Shown here piece after piece: positions 1 through 8,846 of a stretch of DNA of 64,000 nt. Both the position numbers and the translations under genes were made by a program. Position 1 is the stretch's first letter. Each line of letters starts with the position of its first letter. Source of the DNA: an uncultured Candidatus Saccharibacteria bacterium (GTDB taxonomy: Bacteria > Patescibacteriota > Saccharimonadia > Saccharimonadales > UBA4665). The stretch spans positions 21,552-85,551 of the forward strand of contig CAZEMC010000007.1 of assembly GCA_964513385.1 (NCBI GenBank). Direction: 5' to 3'. Below the pieces are notes generated by a model. That model was given only the letters and a program-made list of their open reading frames with translations. It did not search any database and had not been told where the DNA came from.

Positions 1-26
1 TTCCTTTGGAATTTAATTTTATTTGC

Positions 27-103
27 GTCATCCTGGACTTGATTCAGGATCTAAAGCTCACAATTACTGAGTGCTGTAGATTCCGGGTCGAGCCCGGAAT
101 GAC
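27..103. repeat. GTCAT...ATGAC hairpin-ended MITE-like element, copy 1
   Basis: GTCATCCTGGACTTGATTCAGGAT ... ATTCCGGGTCGAGCCCGGAATGAC. Each end is itself a stem-loop. The same architecture occurs at 10114, 24463, 25468 and 60262. Confidence 0.7.
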
Positions 104-347
104 ACGGAACGGGAGTACTCGACCTGTACTCGCCGGATGTTACAAAGAGAAAGAGCCTTTGTTTCCAAAGGCTCTCTTACTGAGATTTCGCTCAAAATAC
201 AAAAAGATTTATCGCTGCCTCGGTAGCATTCTTAAGGTCGGTCAGTGAAGTATTTGGTACCTACTTCGGGGACGTACCCGCTACTGTCTTTGGTAACAGA
301 TGTAATTGTAGCAGTATGATGCCTCTAAGTCAACAGAAATTGCGACT

Positions 348-599
348 TTATGCTGCGACTTCAACTAGTTGTGGTGTAGCGACTTCCCCAAGTAAATGTG
401 AGCTCAAAATGTTGAGTTGCGCCTGTACATTTCCATAGTTTTGTCGCATCTGCCTCCGAAACTCATAGTCGGCTGAATCTGGGTCATCCCCATAATCTCC
501 CATCTCAAAAAAGAGCGGAAGATGCATTTTAAACTGATAATCCAGCTCGGCTGTGGCGAGTAAATCGTCAACGTGTTCTTGTCGTGATCGTGTGCTCAT
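348..599 (-). CDS. hypothetical small protein (83 aa)
   Basis: ORF track 348..641. The internal ATG at 597-599 lies 4 nt after the stop (604-606) of the upstream ORF. No recognisable family. Confidence 0.45.
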   Translation of the reverse strand: MSTRSRQEHVDDLLATAELDYQFKMHLPLFFEMGDYGDDPDSADYEFRRQMRQNYGNVQAQLNILSSHLLGEVATPQLVEVAA

Positions 600-603
600 A
601 TAG

Positions 604-846
604 TTAATCCGTGTGGGGTATCTGATCGGCACCAGTGGCATCTGGCTCGTAGTGGGTTACTGCCATAGTCCCGAGTTCACGCTGCGTATCAAGCACGATG
701 AACCCCGCCTCGATGTCTGCTGGGAGCTCCGCCAAGACCGGCTTCATGATAAGACGAAACAGGATGTCTTGTGTACGGGGCGTGTCTTCCACGGGCTGTG
801 TCTCGTACTGAGGTTGCTGTATGTGTGTCGGGGTTGGGTAGTTCAT
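604..846 (-). CDS. hypothetical small protein (80 aa)
   Basis: ORF track. Tightly coupled to the downstream ORF and starts just after the terminator at 865-902. Confidence 0.45.
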   Translation of the reverse strand: MNYPTPTHIQQPQYETQPVEDTPRTQDILFRLIMKPVLAELPADIEAGFIVLDTQRELGTMAVTHYEPDATGADQIPHTD

Positions 847-864
847 AGTATCTTTCTGTTCAAA

Positions 865-902
865 TAAAAAAGTAGGCTTCTGGTTGAAGCCTACTTGGTT
901 TT
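865..902. terminator. bidirectional intrinsic terminator
   Basis: 10-bp stem AGTAGGCTTC (871-880) / GAAGCCTACT (886-895), with an A-run upstream and a T-rich tract downstream. Confidence 0.65.
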
Positions 903-1057
903 CTCTGGGACTGTGCTGTGCGGATTAGTTGTACCTTTTCCGCGAGGCTTCAACCGGAACGAAGCACAGCCCCTTGTGGCCGAGAATGACGAGGACGAAT
1001 TGCTTCATTACAGTTTTCACAACCTCTATTTTACGCCCGCTCCGCCGCCGCGTCAAG

Positions 1058-1366
1058 CTAAGGATGGCGTCTCGGCTGCACGATGCTATACCCTCTGTCG
1101 CCCTGGCCGGTCAGCCGGTAGGTTTCTGCTCCGACCTTTAGTGTTACGATAGGCTCCCCGGAAGATGGAAAGCGCTGGTGAAGGTCACCAGGCGCCACAT
1201 CTCCGGTGTCGAGGGCGGCGTTGACGACGTCTGCTATATACGGCCAGGAGGATTTCTCTCCTCGCCCAATCGCATCAACATGTGCGACCGCTAGTCTGCC
1301 GATTACTCCGTCTGGTGCACCGAGTGGTGTTATGGGTGCCCGTTCGTTTCTGAATGCTTGTGACAT
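1058..1366 (-). CDS. hypothetical protein (102 aa)
   Basis: ORF track. SD-like AAAGGAA upstream of the ATG. Confidence 0.5.
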   Translation of the reverse strand: MSQAFRNERAPITPLGAPDGVIGRLAVAHVDAIGRGEKSSWPYIADVVNAALDTGDVAPGDLHQRFPSSGEPIVTLKVGAETYRLTGQGDRGYSIVQPRRHP

Positions 1367-1385
1367 GATAGTTCCTTTCGGTGGG

Positions 1386-1970
1386 TTAGTTTAGGGTCGG
1401 TAGGTTGGCGTAGGGTGTCGTCCACGCTTGAGCTTCGATAAGCGGGTGGTTGCGTGCTAACGGAAGGAAGAATGGCTTGCCTGCGATAGCGTACGCCTGA
1501 TTCCCTTCGCAGTCGAACTGGTCAGCTGGATTGGTATCGGGTGGTAACGCGGCTACTTCTATGCCGATTTGCCCGAGTAAATGCGCGAACACGGCGGCCC
1601 GCTCTTTGCTTTTCGCATCCGGTGTATGGTGATTGATAGCCCTGACGGTGTCCAGGACGGAGGTACCGAACGGTTTCGTATCTTTCCGGATGGCGGCTTG
1701 TATATTGCCGAACCGTGTCATAAGGTGCGGATGGTTCCTCCCTGTTATATCACCGGTTATATCATGTACGGCGGTACTGATTTTGTGCGGTGATAAGATG
1801 GCATGCACGTATCGGTTGTCTGTTTTGCCGGCTGCAAGCAGCCGCTCCCTAACGGAGTGAACTTGTGCTGTCCAGGTCTCGATATTCTTCTTACCGGGTA
1901 CGACCGTCCGTCCGATTTGGGTAATGAGCTCTTCGTCGAGGGACGCTCGGGTAATGGTTTCTGCTGTCAT
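1386..1970 (-). CDS. hypothetical protein (194 aa)
   Basis: ORF track. SD-like GAAAGGA upstream. No recognisable motif. Confidence 0.55.
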   Translation of the reverse strand: MTAETITRASLDEELITQIGRTVVPGKKNIETWTAQVHSVRERLLAAGKTDNRYVHAILSPHKISTAVHDITGDITGRNHPHLMTRFGNIQAAIRKDTKPFGTSVLDTVRAINHHTPDAKSKERAAVFAHLLGQIGIEVAALPPDTNPADQFDCEGNQAYAIAGKPFFLPLARNHPLIEAQAWTTPYANLPTLN

Positions 1971-1994
1971 GGTACTGTCCTTTCTGTGGTCACT

Positions 1995-2024
1995 AAAAAA
2001 CCGCTAGATGGGTTCATCTAGCGG
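1995..2024 (-). terminator. intrinsic terminator on the minus strand
   Basis: Stem CCGCTAGATG (2001-2010) / CATCTAGCGG (2015-2024). The A6 run at 1995-2000 gives a U-tract on the minus strand. It closes the roughly 510-nt ORF-poor stretch downstream of tmk-thyX. Confidence 0.65.
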
Positions 2025-2029
2025 TCTAT

Positions 2030-2533
2030 GTGCGTTCGTTATGTTTTACATTGTTTCGGCGGCAATAGCACTGCTAGATGTAGCGGGGCACATCATGCAG
2101 CAGGCTTGGATTGCGGCGAACGAAACCATGCGCCCTATTGTATGAGGTAGTGGGCTGGCTTGTCAATGGACACTCTGCTTAGTCTTGCTGGTGTTCCACA
2201 CGAGCAGGATTCATCTTTTTCGCAAAAACACCAATGACACTTTTGAATCGCAAAAGTGCCCAAAACTCCCCGGCCAGGCTCCAGTCGCTCGGTGGGTGTT
2301 GTCAAAGCCGACAACCGTTTTGACAACTAGCGACGGGGAGTCGCGTCGGACAGTCAAAACGTTCCTACGCCTCCGGCTTGGAAAAGTTGTCGTTTCGACC
2401 AACACCCAGCCGGGCTCCTTCCGAATGGCCGGCAACTAGTTGCACGGCTCTTGCGAGCCGCTATTTGAAGACGTCTCCGTATCCGCGGAATGACATGACG
2501 GCGTCAGAAAGGTGCACTGTCGGTGCGGCCAGG
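2030..2533 (-). ncRNA. ORF-poor structured transcript or long 3' UTR; weak RNase P RNA-like motifs (unresolved)
   Basis: Only short overlapping ORFs. Minus strand has a GNRA hairpin GGCTC-GCAA-GAGCC (2446-2459), a long-range helix 2294-2301/2400-2407, a nested helix 2316-2324/2353-2361, AGATGAAT (2209-2216) and TGTCCAttGACAAGCCAGCCCA (2151-2172). The last resembles the RNase P CR-IV/CR-V region. Canonical GGAAAGTCCGG and GGTGAAA boxes are absent. Confidence 0.25.
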
Positions 2534-4945
2534 TCAGCTGCCGTTTAGTTGTTCTAGTTTGAACTGGGTGTATTTTTCGGCGGCGAGGCGGGCTAGTTCG
2601 GGGTCTTCTCCCTGGTTCATGAAGCTCATGGCTTCGGCGAGCAATGGGTGGACTTCGGCGATTTTGGCGTGCATCTGCTGGGCGATTTTGCGGTAGGTGG
2701 GGTGGCCCTGCGGCGACGAGCGCAGCTCGAGCATCTGGAAGGCTTCGCGGCCGTTGATGGTTACCTTCCAGCGGACATTGTTACCGTGGAGGACGGCGTA
2801 TTGGGCGATGACCGGCCCTTTGGCTGCCTGCAGCGCACTGTATAGCTCAAGGCTGAGGTCGAAACACTGTTCGAACTGCTCGGTCAGGCCGGCCTCTTCG
2901 ACCAGCTTCGGTACATCGTAGCCGAGGCGCGGGCTAAAGGTCTGCCACTGCAGGTCGTCGACCATGCGGTGGCGCTGTAGGTCTTTGAACGCGCCGTATT
3001 TGCCGACTAGGTCGAAACTGTAATGGATTTTTTCGAGGGCCCTGCCCGGCCGCTGGCGGCGGTTGAGGCGCTCGCCCATGGAGGCCTTGAAGACATCGGC
3101 TTTCTGCTGGTACGGCCAGGTTTGCACGACTTGCTGGAGCGCTTCGAGCGACAAATCGCTGTGTTCGTAGAGCATGTCGGGTACGATATCGAGTTCGTTG
3201 CGCGGGGTGTAAGCGACCAGCTGGACCGGGTCGGCTGCTGCACCGGTGTGGTTCGGCGGCAGCAGCTCGTCTGCCAGCTTGCGGACAGCGTCGTACGTAT
3301 TGGAACGGTAAGCGATGGTGGCGCCGCCGCGGTCGGGCTTGTCGGCGCGCTCCAGAAACACGGGGATGATTTTGCGGCCTTCTTCCAGCATGGCTTGGCC
3401 GGTTTGCCGGGCCTCTTCGAGCTCGTCGCCGAGCAAGTGCATGATAAGGCTTTCGAGCGCCTGGCCAGAGGCGAAGATGCCGACGGTGGCTTTGGTGGAA
3501 AGCGGCAGCAGGTCGCGGATAGCGTCGCAGGCCTGGGCTTTGGTGGCGGCGCGCCAGGCGGCGTCCTGCTCGGCCTTCGGTACGGTAGAGGTGGCACGGA
3601 CGTGCCCGGTCATTTTCTGGACCAAGTCGGAATAAATGTCGAAAATCTTGTTAGTAGTACGGATGTACTGGCTGCGGATTTTGCCCTTCAGCTCCGGCGG
3701 GACATAGTAGCGGTAACGGCCCTCGGCGTCCTTTTGGTCGAAGTAGATGTAGCGGCTGGACTGCTCCAGGTAAGCTGCCAGGCGGCCCCGCTCCAGCTTT
3801 TTGGTCAGCAGTATACTGGCGCCTTCGACCACGAAATGCTGGCCGACCAGCTGCTGGACCGAATCGTCGCCGTACGCGGTAATGACCCGGTGCAACAGCT
3901 GTGCGTCTTTGTCGACTTTGCCGATGAATTCGTCGAGCAGCGTGACGCGCATGTCGTCGCCGCGGCGGCTGAGCCGGGCCATGGCAGCGGCGGCCGTAAC
4001 CGGCGAAAGTGCCGGCGTAAAGCTGTAGACCGAACCTTCGGTGTTAGTGATGTATTTGGCGATTTCGGCGTTGCCAGCGGGCGTGATGCTGGTAGAACCG
4101 TTTTCGTTCTTCTGTATCCATGGTTCGCTTTGCTCCGGCGATGTTGCTGTCTCTGTCAGCTTGAGCTTGTCGAGAGATTCCGTCGGTGCCGTAATAGAAC
4201 GAGATTCCTCGGCTTCGCTCGGAATGACAGACAAGGGTGGTTCGACGGGACTGGTCTGGGTTGGGGGCTTGGCGGCCAGGACTTCGGCGACCGAGGTGGT
4301 CTGGCTGGGAGCGCCATCGCGCGTGGCCAGCGTATCGGCGACGTGTTTCCAGACTTGTTTGAAGACTTCGTCCACGCTCTCGGTAGCGTAAATGACCGGC
4401 AGGTTGCGCTGCTTGGCTTCCCAGAGGTAGCCTGCACGGACACGCTCTAGGAACGATTCGTCGAGGTTGTCGAATCGCTCGCCATTGTAGCGGTGTTTGA
4501 CACGCTCGCGCAGCGTGTTCACCGGCGCATCGAGCACTACCATGAGGTCGGGCTGCATGTCGCCGACGGCGAAGCCGATGATGTCGTTGATTTTTTCGTA
4601 ATCGGTTACGTCGCCCCGGCCGTAATACTGGATGGCGAGCGTGGTCAGATAGCTGCGGTCGACCAGGCAGTAGACGCCATTGACAGTCGCCTCACGTATA
4701 ATCTCGAGCGATTGTGAACGGGCGGCGTTGTACAGCAGCACTTCGGTGCGGGTGTTCATGGGGTAACGTGGGTCTTGGGTCAGGCGGCGGATGGCCCGGG
4801 CGGTCATGTCGTTCTGGCTTTCGGGCTCGCGCATGATTTTTACCGGCAGCCCAGCTGCCTGCAGGTGCTGGCCTATCATCTGGACCATCGTGGTTTTGCC
4901 GACACCCTCTGCGCCCTCTATGACGATGTATTTACCCCTATTCAT
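2534..4945 (-). CDS. tmk-thyX: thymidylate kinase fused to a two-domain FAD-dependent thymidylate synthase (ThyX)
   Basis: N-terminus has the P-loop IVIEGAEGVGKTT (Tmk). A low-complexity S/T/P/E linker follows. The C-terminal ~520 aa carry ThyX motifs RGRLAAYLEQSSRY, LQRHRM and ELRSSPQGH. Start taken at ATG 4943-4945 (GGGAG SD), because the ORF-track N-terminus runs into a repeat. Confidence 0.85.
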   Translation of the reverse strand: MNRGKYIVIEGAEGVGKTTMVQMIGQHLQAAGLPVKIMREPESQNDMTARAIRRLTQDPRYPMNTRTEVLLYNAARSQSLEIIREATVNGVYCLVDRSYLTTLAIQYYGRGDVTDYEKINDIIGFAVGDMQPDLMVVLDAPVNTLRERVKHRYNGERFDNLDESFLERVRAGYLWEAKQRNLPVIYATESVDEVFKQVWKHVADTLATRDGAPSQTTSVAEVLAAKPPTQTSPVEPPLSVIPSEAEESRSITAPTESLDKLKLTETATSPEQSEPWIQKNENGSTSITPAGNAEIAKYITNTEGSVYSFTPALSPVTAAAAMARLSRRGDDMRVTLLDEFIGKVDKDAQLLHRVITAYGDDSVQQLVGQHFVVEGASILLTKKLERGRLAAYLEQSSRYIYFDQKDAEGRYRYYVPPELKGKIRSQYIRTTNKIFDIYSDLVQKMTGHVRATSTVPKAEQDAAWRAATKAQACDAIRDLLPLSTKATVGIFASGQALESLIMHLLGDELEEARQTGQAMLEEGRKIIPVFLERADKPDRGGATIAYRSNTYDAVRKLADELLPPNHTGAAADPVQLVAYTPRNELDIVPDMLYEHSDLSLEALQQVVQTWPYQQKADVFKASMGERLNRRQRPGRALEKIHYSFDLVGKYGAFKDLQRHRMVDDLQWQTFSPRLGYDVPKLVEEAGLTEQFEQCFDLSLELYSALQAAKGPVIAQYAVLHGNNVRWKVTINGREAFQMLELRSSPQGHPTYRKIAQQMHAKIAEVHPLLAEAMSFMNQGEDPELARLAAEKYTQFKLEQLNGS

Positions 4946-4962
4946 ATCTAGACTCCCAGGGG

Positions 4963-5126
4963 GAATGACCAAACCCCAAGCACCAATTACCAAGCAATGA
5001 CTGAATGACCGAAGGTCCGGATGACCGATTTTGGTCATTTGTGTATTTGGACATTGGTGCTTGATTGGTCACCCGCCTGTCTGGCCGACAGGACGGACAG
5101 GTTGCGATTTGGTGCTTGGTTATTTT
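4963..5126. repeat. ACCAA/TTGGT-word palindromic element, copy 1
   Basis: AATGACCAAACCCCAAGCACCAATTACCAAGCAATGAC ... TTGGTCATTTGTGTATTTGGACATTGGTGCTTGATTGGTCA. Homologous to 13969-14146 and 22982-23140. Fills the dcd/tmk spacer. Confidence 0.7.
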
Positions 5127-5130
5127 TCGT

Positions 5131-5844
5131 CTATTCATAGCTGAGTCCTTCGACTTTGGTGGGCAGTTCGCGGGTGTCTTTGTACGCTTGCGGCAGCATA
5201 AGGCTCGGCGACCACGTCTTGATAAGCGTTTCGAGGTCGGTCCCCGTCTGGTATTTGCCGCTAAAACCTTCGTCGCGGCCGCTGCCGTAGTTGCCGTCGA
5301 CCTCGCCGGTTTCGTGGAAGACTATTTGGGCGATGCGTTCGCCTACTGGCAGCAGTACGGTTTCGTTCTGGTTGAGGTTGTAGATTTCGAGCGTCAGGCG
5401 GTTTATGTAGCCGGGGTCTATCCAGCCGGCATCGAAGCAGACGGCGACACCGTTGCGGCCCCAGCTGCTGCGGCTTTTGACTTCGCAAGCGCCGGGCGGC
5501 AAAATGCCGAAAAATTCGTGGGTGTGCGCCAGAATCCGCTCGCCGGGCTTGAGCGCGATGACCGGGTGGTCGTCGGGGATGCCGACTACCGGCTTCATGC
5601 CGTTCAGGTCGCACCACTGCTTGTGCGGCATGGCTTTGTACGGGCCGTCGAAGTAGCGCTCGACGTCTTCGCGGTCGAACGGGTTGTAGATGGTGCGTTC
5701 GTTGGCGAGCTCTGTCCGGTAGTAGTAATACCCCAGTGTCACATCTAGCGAGGCGTGGCTGACATGCTTGTCGTTGAACGGGTGACAGACGATGTGCCCA
5801 CTAGCAATAGCCTGTCGGATTTGTGTGTTACTAAACACGCCCAT
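5131..5844 (-). CDS. dcd: dCTP deaminase family protein
   Basis: Motifs SSWGRNGV, DAGWIDPGY, LTLEIYN and AQIVF. Start at ATG 5842-5844 (MGVFSNTQIRQAI). Confidence 0.85.
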   Translation of the reverse strand: MGVFSNTQIRQAIASGHIVCHPFNDKHVSHASLDVTLGYYYYRTELANERTIYNPFDREDVERYFDGPYKAMPHKQWCDLNGMKPVVGIPDDHPVIALKPGERILAHTHEFFGILPPGACEVKSRSSWGRNGVAVCFDAGWIDPGYINRLTLEIYNLNQNETVLLPVGERIAQIVFHETGEVDGNYGSGRDEGFSGKYQTGTDLETLIKTWSPSLMLPQAYKDTRELPTKVEGLSYE

Positions 5845-6189
5845 ACGTGTAAAACTCCCCTTCTTAGTACATCGCTCCCGACCAGCTCTGTTACGTACTA
5901 TTGTACGGTTATGCTCTAGCACCTTGCAATACTGCCCACACAATTTTACAACTGTATTTGGCGACGACTGGGCGTCCCAGCTCCGGGCCAACCGACACGC
6001 CCAACTGGCCAAATAGCGGTTGCTGCAGACGGCCTGGAATTTAGTAAGATAGCTGCTTGACCGCTTATGGCAGAAATGTGAAGATACTGAGCGTACTCAT
6101 TGTCGAGTGAAAGGATTTCTGGAACTCCGAGGCAGTACATGGAGAGTTTCGGCACTGGGTCGGACTCACGAAACGAAGGTGGAATGTGC

Positions 6190-6465
6190 ATGAGTGTTCC
6201 GATGGACTACGCGACGTATCTGCTCCAGGTATCGATTGTGGTGCCGAGCGATGGTGAGACAATCGTCGAGTATAGCCGCTCGAATCCTAACCCCGCGCCG
6301 GTTTCTCGTGACGAGCTGGATACAGCGTTGTTGCAGGTTTTTGGCGAGGAAGTAATCGGGTATGAGTTCGAGGACGGCGTGCTGCATGTAATGGTTGCCG
6401 AAATGCCTCAACAAGAGGACCTCGAAACGGCAATCGACCAGCTCTTCAAGCAGTTCACACACTAG
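6190..6465 (+). CDS. hypothetical small acidic protein (91 aa)
   Basis: ORF track 6100..6465. ATG at 6190 lies 7 nt after the SD-like GAAGGTGG. Confidence 0.4.
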   Translation: MSVPMDYATYLLQVSIVVPSDGETIVEYSRSNPNPAPVSRDELDTALLQVFGEEVIGYEFEDGVLHVMVAEMPQQEDLETAIDQLFKQFTH

Positions 6466-6598
6466 GTGGGGCGTGCCTGACGCACCCTCTGTGCCCGGGC
6501 GGGGTTCGCTGGTTGAACCTGACACTGTCAGACGATACACTAGCGAACCCCGCCGCCCGCCGAAACTCTCCCTTACCCTGATACTATCTTCCTTGTTT

Positions 6599-6630
6599 AA
6601 AAAAACAGCGCCGGAAGTGGCGCTGTTTTT
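6599..6630. terminator. bidirectional intrinsic terminator
   Basis: A7, then ACAGCGCC (6605-6612), loop GGAAGT, GGCGCTGT (6619-6626), then T5. Lies between rplA (minus) and the plus-strand small ORF. Confidence 0.75.
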
Positions 6631-6710
6631 ATGTGGTTTGTCATACTCAACTGGATTAAGAATCCAGGTAATTCTGGACCCGCCGCGGCGGGTGACAACA
6701 CGGGTAGAAG

Positions 6711-7652
6711 CTACTCGTTGGTGGAAACGGTGACGCTGGGGCCCATGGTGGTCGTAGCGTGGACGGCTTTGATGTAGTTGCCCTTGACGCTAGCAGGCTT
6801 GGCAGCACGAATGCTGTTCATGACTGCGTTTGCGTTTTCGAGCAGCTTAGCGCCACCGAAGCTTACTTTACCAACGGCGAGGTGGACGATGCCGGTGCTA
6901 TCGACACGGTACTCAACCTTACCAGCTTTGCTTTCTTTGACAGCCTTGGCGACATCGTTCGTGACGGTACCGCTCTTTGGGTTTGGCATCAGACCGCGTG
7001 GGCCGAGCAAACGAGCGTACTTACCGAGCTTAGCCATGTTGGCGGGAGTCGAAACGAGTACGTCAAAGTTGATAGCGCCCTTTTCGAGTTCTTTGATGAT
7101 GTTGTCGACGCCAGAAAGGTCTGCGCCTTCGGCTTTGTCGTCTGCAAAGACAGCGACACGGACAGTCTTACCAGTACCCTGTGGCAGGACCAGGTTGGCA
7201 CGGATGTTCTGGTCGGCCTGGCGTGGGTCAACAGCGAGGTTGACGTGCAGTTCGACGCTAGCGTCGAACTTGACGCTGCTAGTCTTGGTAGCGAGGTCCA
7301 TAGCTTCTTTCAAAGTGTAGGTCTTACCTGCTTCGACTAGTTCTGCGCTCTTGCGGTAGCCCTTGCTGCGGCGCACGAGGCGGCTGCGGGTTGGGTTCTG
7401 GTGCTGCTTTGGCTTGCTTTCTTTTTCTTCGGCTTCTACTTCGGCGCGGTGCTGCTGGGCCTCGATTTTCTCGGCTTTAGCTTCGGCTTCTTCGATTCCC
7501 TTTACGCTACGCTTACCAGCCTTGGCTGGGGCTTTCTTGGTAGTGCTAGTCTCTAGCTTTTCTTCTACGACTTCCACAGCTTCTGCTGCGACTTCCGCTT
7601 CTACTACAGCGGCTTCTTCTATGACTTCGTCTTGTTTCTTGGCTGCTGCCAT
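6711..7652 (-). CDS. rplA: 50S ribosomal protein L1 with a ~90-aa N-terminal Ala/Glu/Lys-rich extension
   Basis: L1 core begins at [24 protein letters not shown]...[13 protein letters not shown]. Start at ATG 7650-7652 preceded by AAGGAG. Confidence 0.9.
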   Translation of the reverse strand: MAAAKKQDEVIEEAAVVEAEVAAEAVEVVEEKLETSTTKKAPAKAGKRSVKGIEEAEAKAEKIEAQQHRAEVEAEEKESKPKQHQNPTRSRLVRRSKGYRKSAELVEAGKTYTLKEAMDLATKTSSVKFDASVELHVNLAVDPRQADQNIRANLVLPQGTGKTVRVAVFADDKAEGADLSGVDNIIKELEKGAINFDVLVSTPANMAKLGKYARLLGPRGLMPNPKSGTVTNDVAKAVKESKAGKVEYRVDSTGIVHLAVGKVSFGGAKLLENANAVMNSIRAAKPASVKGNYIKAVHATTTMGPSVTVSTNE

Positions 7653-7719
7653 AATCTTATCTCCTTCGTGGTGCAAACCCCAACTCTTCACTGAAGTGTC
7701 AGGTCCCACAATATTAAAG

Positions 7720-7929
7720 TTAAATCTCTTGAGGTGGTTGCCAAGCTGTGTCGGCTCGGCGCTCTAATTCATCTTGTGCCTCGTAGACTAAGGCTACTTC
7801 CGTATCGGTACTGATGCCTCGCACCTCTATCAGCCTTTGCAGAGCTGGAGTACTGAGGCTTGCTACGATACCTCGACGGAAATCTGCTAAATCATCGTGC
7901 CCTGGTGTTTCTCCTGAAAAATGTGGCAT
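7720..7929 (-). CDS. hypothetical small protein (69 aa) between rplK and rplA
   Basis: In-frame ATG at 7927-7929 preceded by GAGGAA. It occupies the unusually long 310-bp rplK-rplA spacer. Confidence 0.4.
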   Translation of the reverse strand: MPHFSGETPGHDDLADFRRGIVASLSTPALQRLIEVRGISTDTEVALVYEAQDELERRADTAWQPPQEI

Positions 7930-7963
7930 AACGATTCCTCTGTTTCTCCGGACTATGTGCCGG

Positions 7964-8392
7964 TTAGGCCTCGACCTCGACGCCCATGCTGCGGGCGGTG
8001 CCGGCAACCATTTTCATGATAGCTTCGACGTCGTCGGCGTTCATGTCGGCGGCTTTTTCTTCGGCAATTTTGCGCAGGTCTGCTTGGCTCAGCTTTTTAG
8101 CGATTTTTTCGCTGTTTGGGCGGCCAGAACCTTTTTGGATACCGAGGGCTGCACGGATGCGGTCGTCGGTTGGTTCTGCTACGACACGGAAAGCCATCGT
8201 ACGGTCATCGTAAATGGTGATGTGTGCTGTGACGGTCTTGCCCATCATGTCTTTGGTGGCGTCGTTGAACGGCTGGATGAAATCCATCATGTTCACACCG
8301 TACTGACCGAGGGTCGAACCGACCGGAGGCGCAGCACTGGCTTGACCGCCTTTAATCTTCATTTTTAGGTTTGCTTTGACGACTTTTGCCAT
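7964..8392 (-). CDS. rplK: 50S ribosomal protein L11
   Basis: MAKVVKANLKMKIKGGQASAAPPVGSTLGQYGVNMMDF is a typical L11 sequence. Confidence 0.95.
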   Translation of the reverse strand: MAKVVKANLKMKIKGGQASAAPPVGSTLGQYGVNMMDFIQPFNDATKDMMGKTVTAHITIYDDRTMAFRVVAEPTDDRIRAALGIQKGSGRPNSEKIAKKLSQADLRKIAEEKAADMNADDVEAIMKMVAGTARSMGVEVEA

Positions 8393-8489
8393 CTTGTAAC
8401 TCCTTTATTACGAAGTTTCGCCGCTCCCGTTAGTTCGGGGTTTGAAGCGCGGGTACTCATTCTCCTACCTTTAAGTAGTGCGTAACAGA

Positions 8490-8846
8490 TTAGATTATAT
8501 CAGTTTGCTTCTTACTTGTCGAGCTGTGTAGGCCGCGAATGACATTGCGCCCAAGGCGTTGTGCGCGCTCTCTCAGATTTCCGTTGGCGGCACGGTTGAA
8601 TTCCTTTGGATCGGACAACCGTAATTCGCAAAAGTTCTGGTAGCCCATACATATCGGAGGATTAGGAAAAATCATCAGATCCTTCACCGTGCAGCCCGTG
8701 CCATCAGTCCCCTCGTAGCCACATTCTACTTCCGGGGCACTCAGTGCATGGACGCCTTCTAAATCTGCAGGATCAGCATCAAGCGCAGCTCTATAGGCCT
8801 GCGCTATCAGACAAGGTTGCGGTTGAATAGCTTCTGAAAATGACAT
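8490..8846 (-). CDS. hypothetical Cys-containing protein (118 aa) inserted between nusG and rplK
   Basis: ORF track. Six Cys. No SD; the start codon lies inside an AT-rich palindrome (8841-8863). Confidence 0.5.
   Translation of the reverse strand: MSFSEAIQPQPCLIAQAYRAALDADPADLEGVHALSAPEVECGYEGTDGTGCTVKDLMIFPNPPICMGYQNFCELRLSDPKEFNRAANGNLRERAQRLGRNVIRGLHSSTSKKQTDII
8494..8522 (-). promoter_or_regulatory. sigma70-like promoter for rplK
   Basis: Minus strand reads TCGACA (8517-8522), N17, TATAAT (8494-8499), about 95 nt upstream of the rplK ATG. Confidence 0.4.

Noticed and set aside
6-248. 80-aa ORF at the window start
   Set aside because: It reads straight through MITE copy 1 and a hairpin. 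The same pseudo-peptides recur wherever the repeat occurs.
2030-2533. tmRNA (ssrA) in either structured region (also 18540-18896)
   Set aside because: Neither strand shows a tRNA-like acceptor/T-arm (GGTTCGA-type) with a 3' CCA. Neither shows a plausible tag ORF ending in hydrophobic residues plus a stop.
3023-4450. 475-aa plus-strand ORF antisense to tmk-thyX
   Set aside because: It has a low-complexity Gly/Ala/Val/Arg composition. The opposite strand carries Tmk and ThyX motifs.
4946-5038. ORF-track N-terminal extensions of tmk-thyX, pepP (22979-23098), DD-carboxypeptidase (24373-24801), DUF817 (40384-40563) and dcd (5845-6012)
   Set aside because: The extensions translate repeat elements or lack an SD. 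Internal ATGs with an SD and canonical protein N-termini are better starts.
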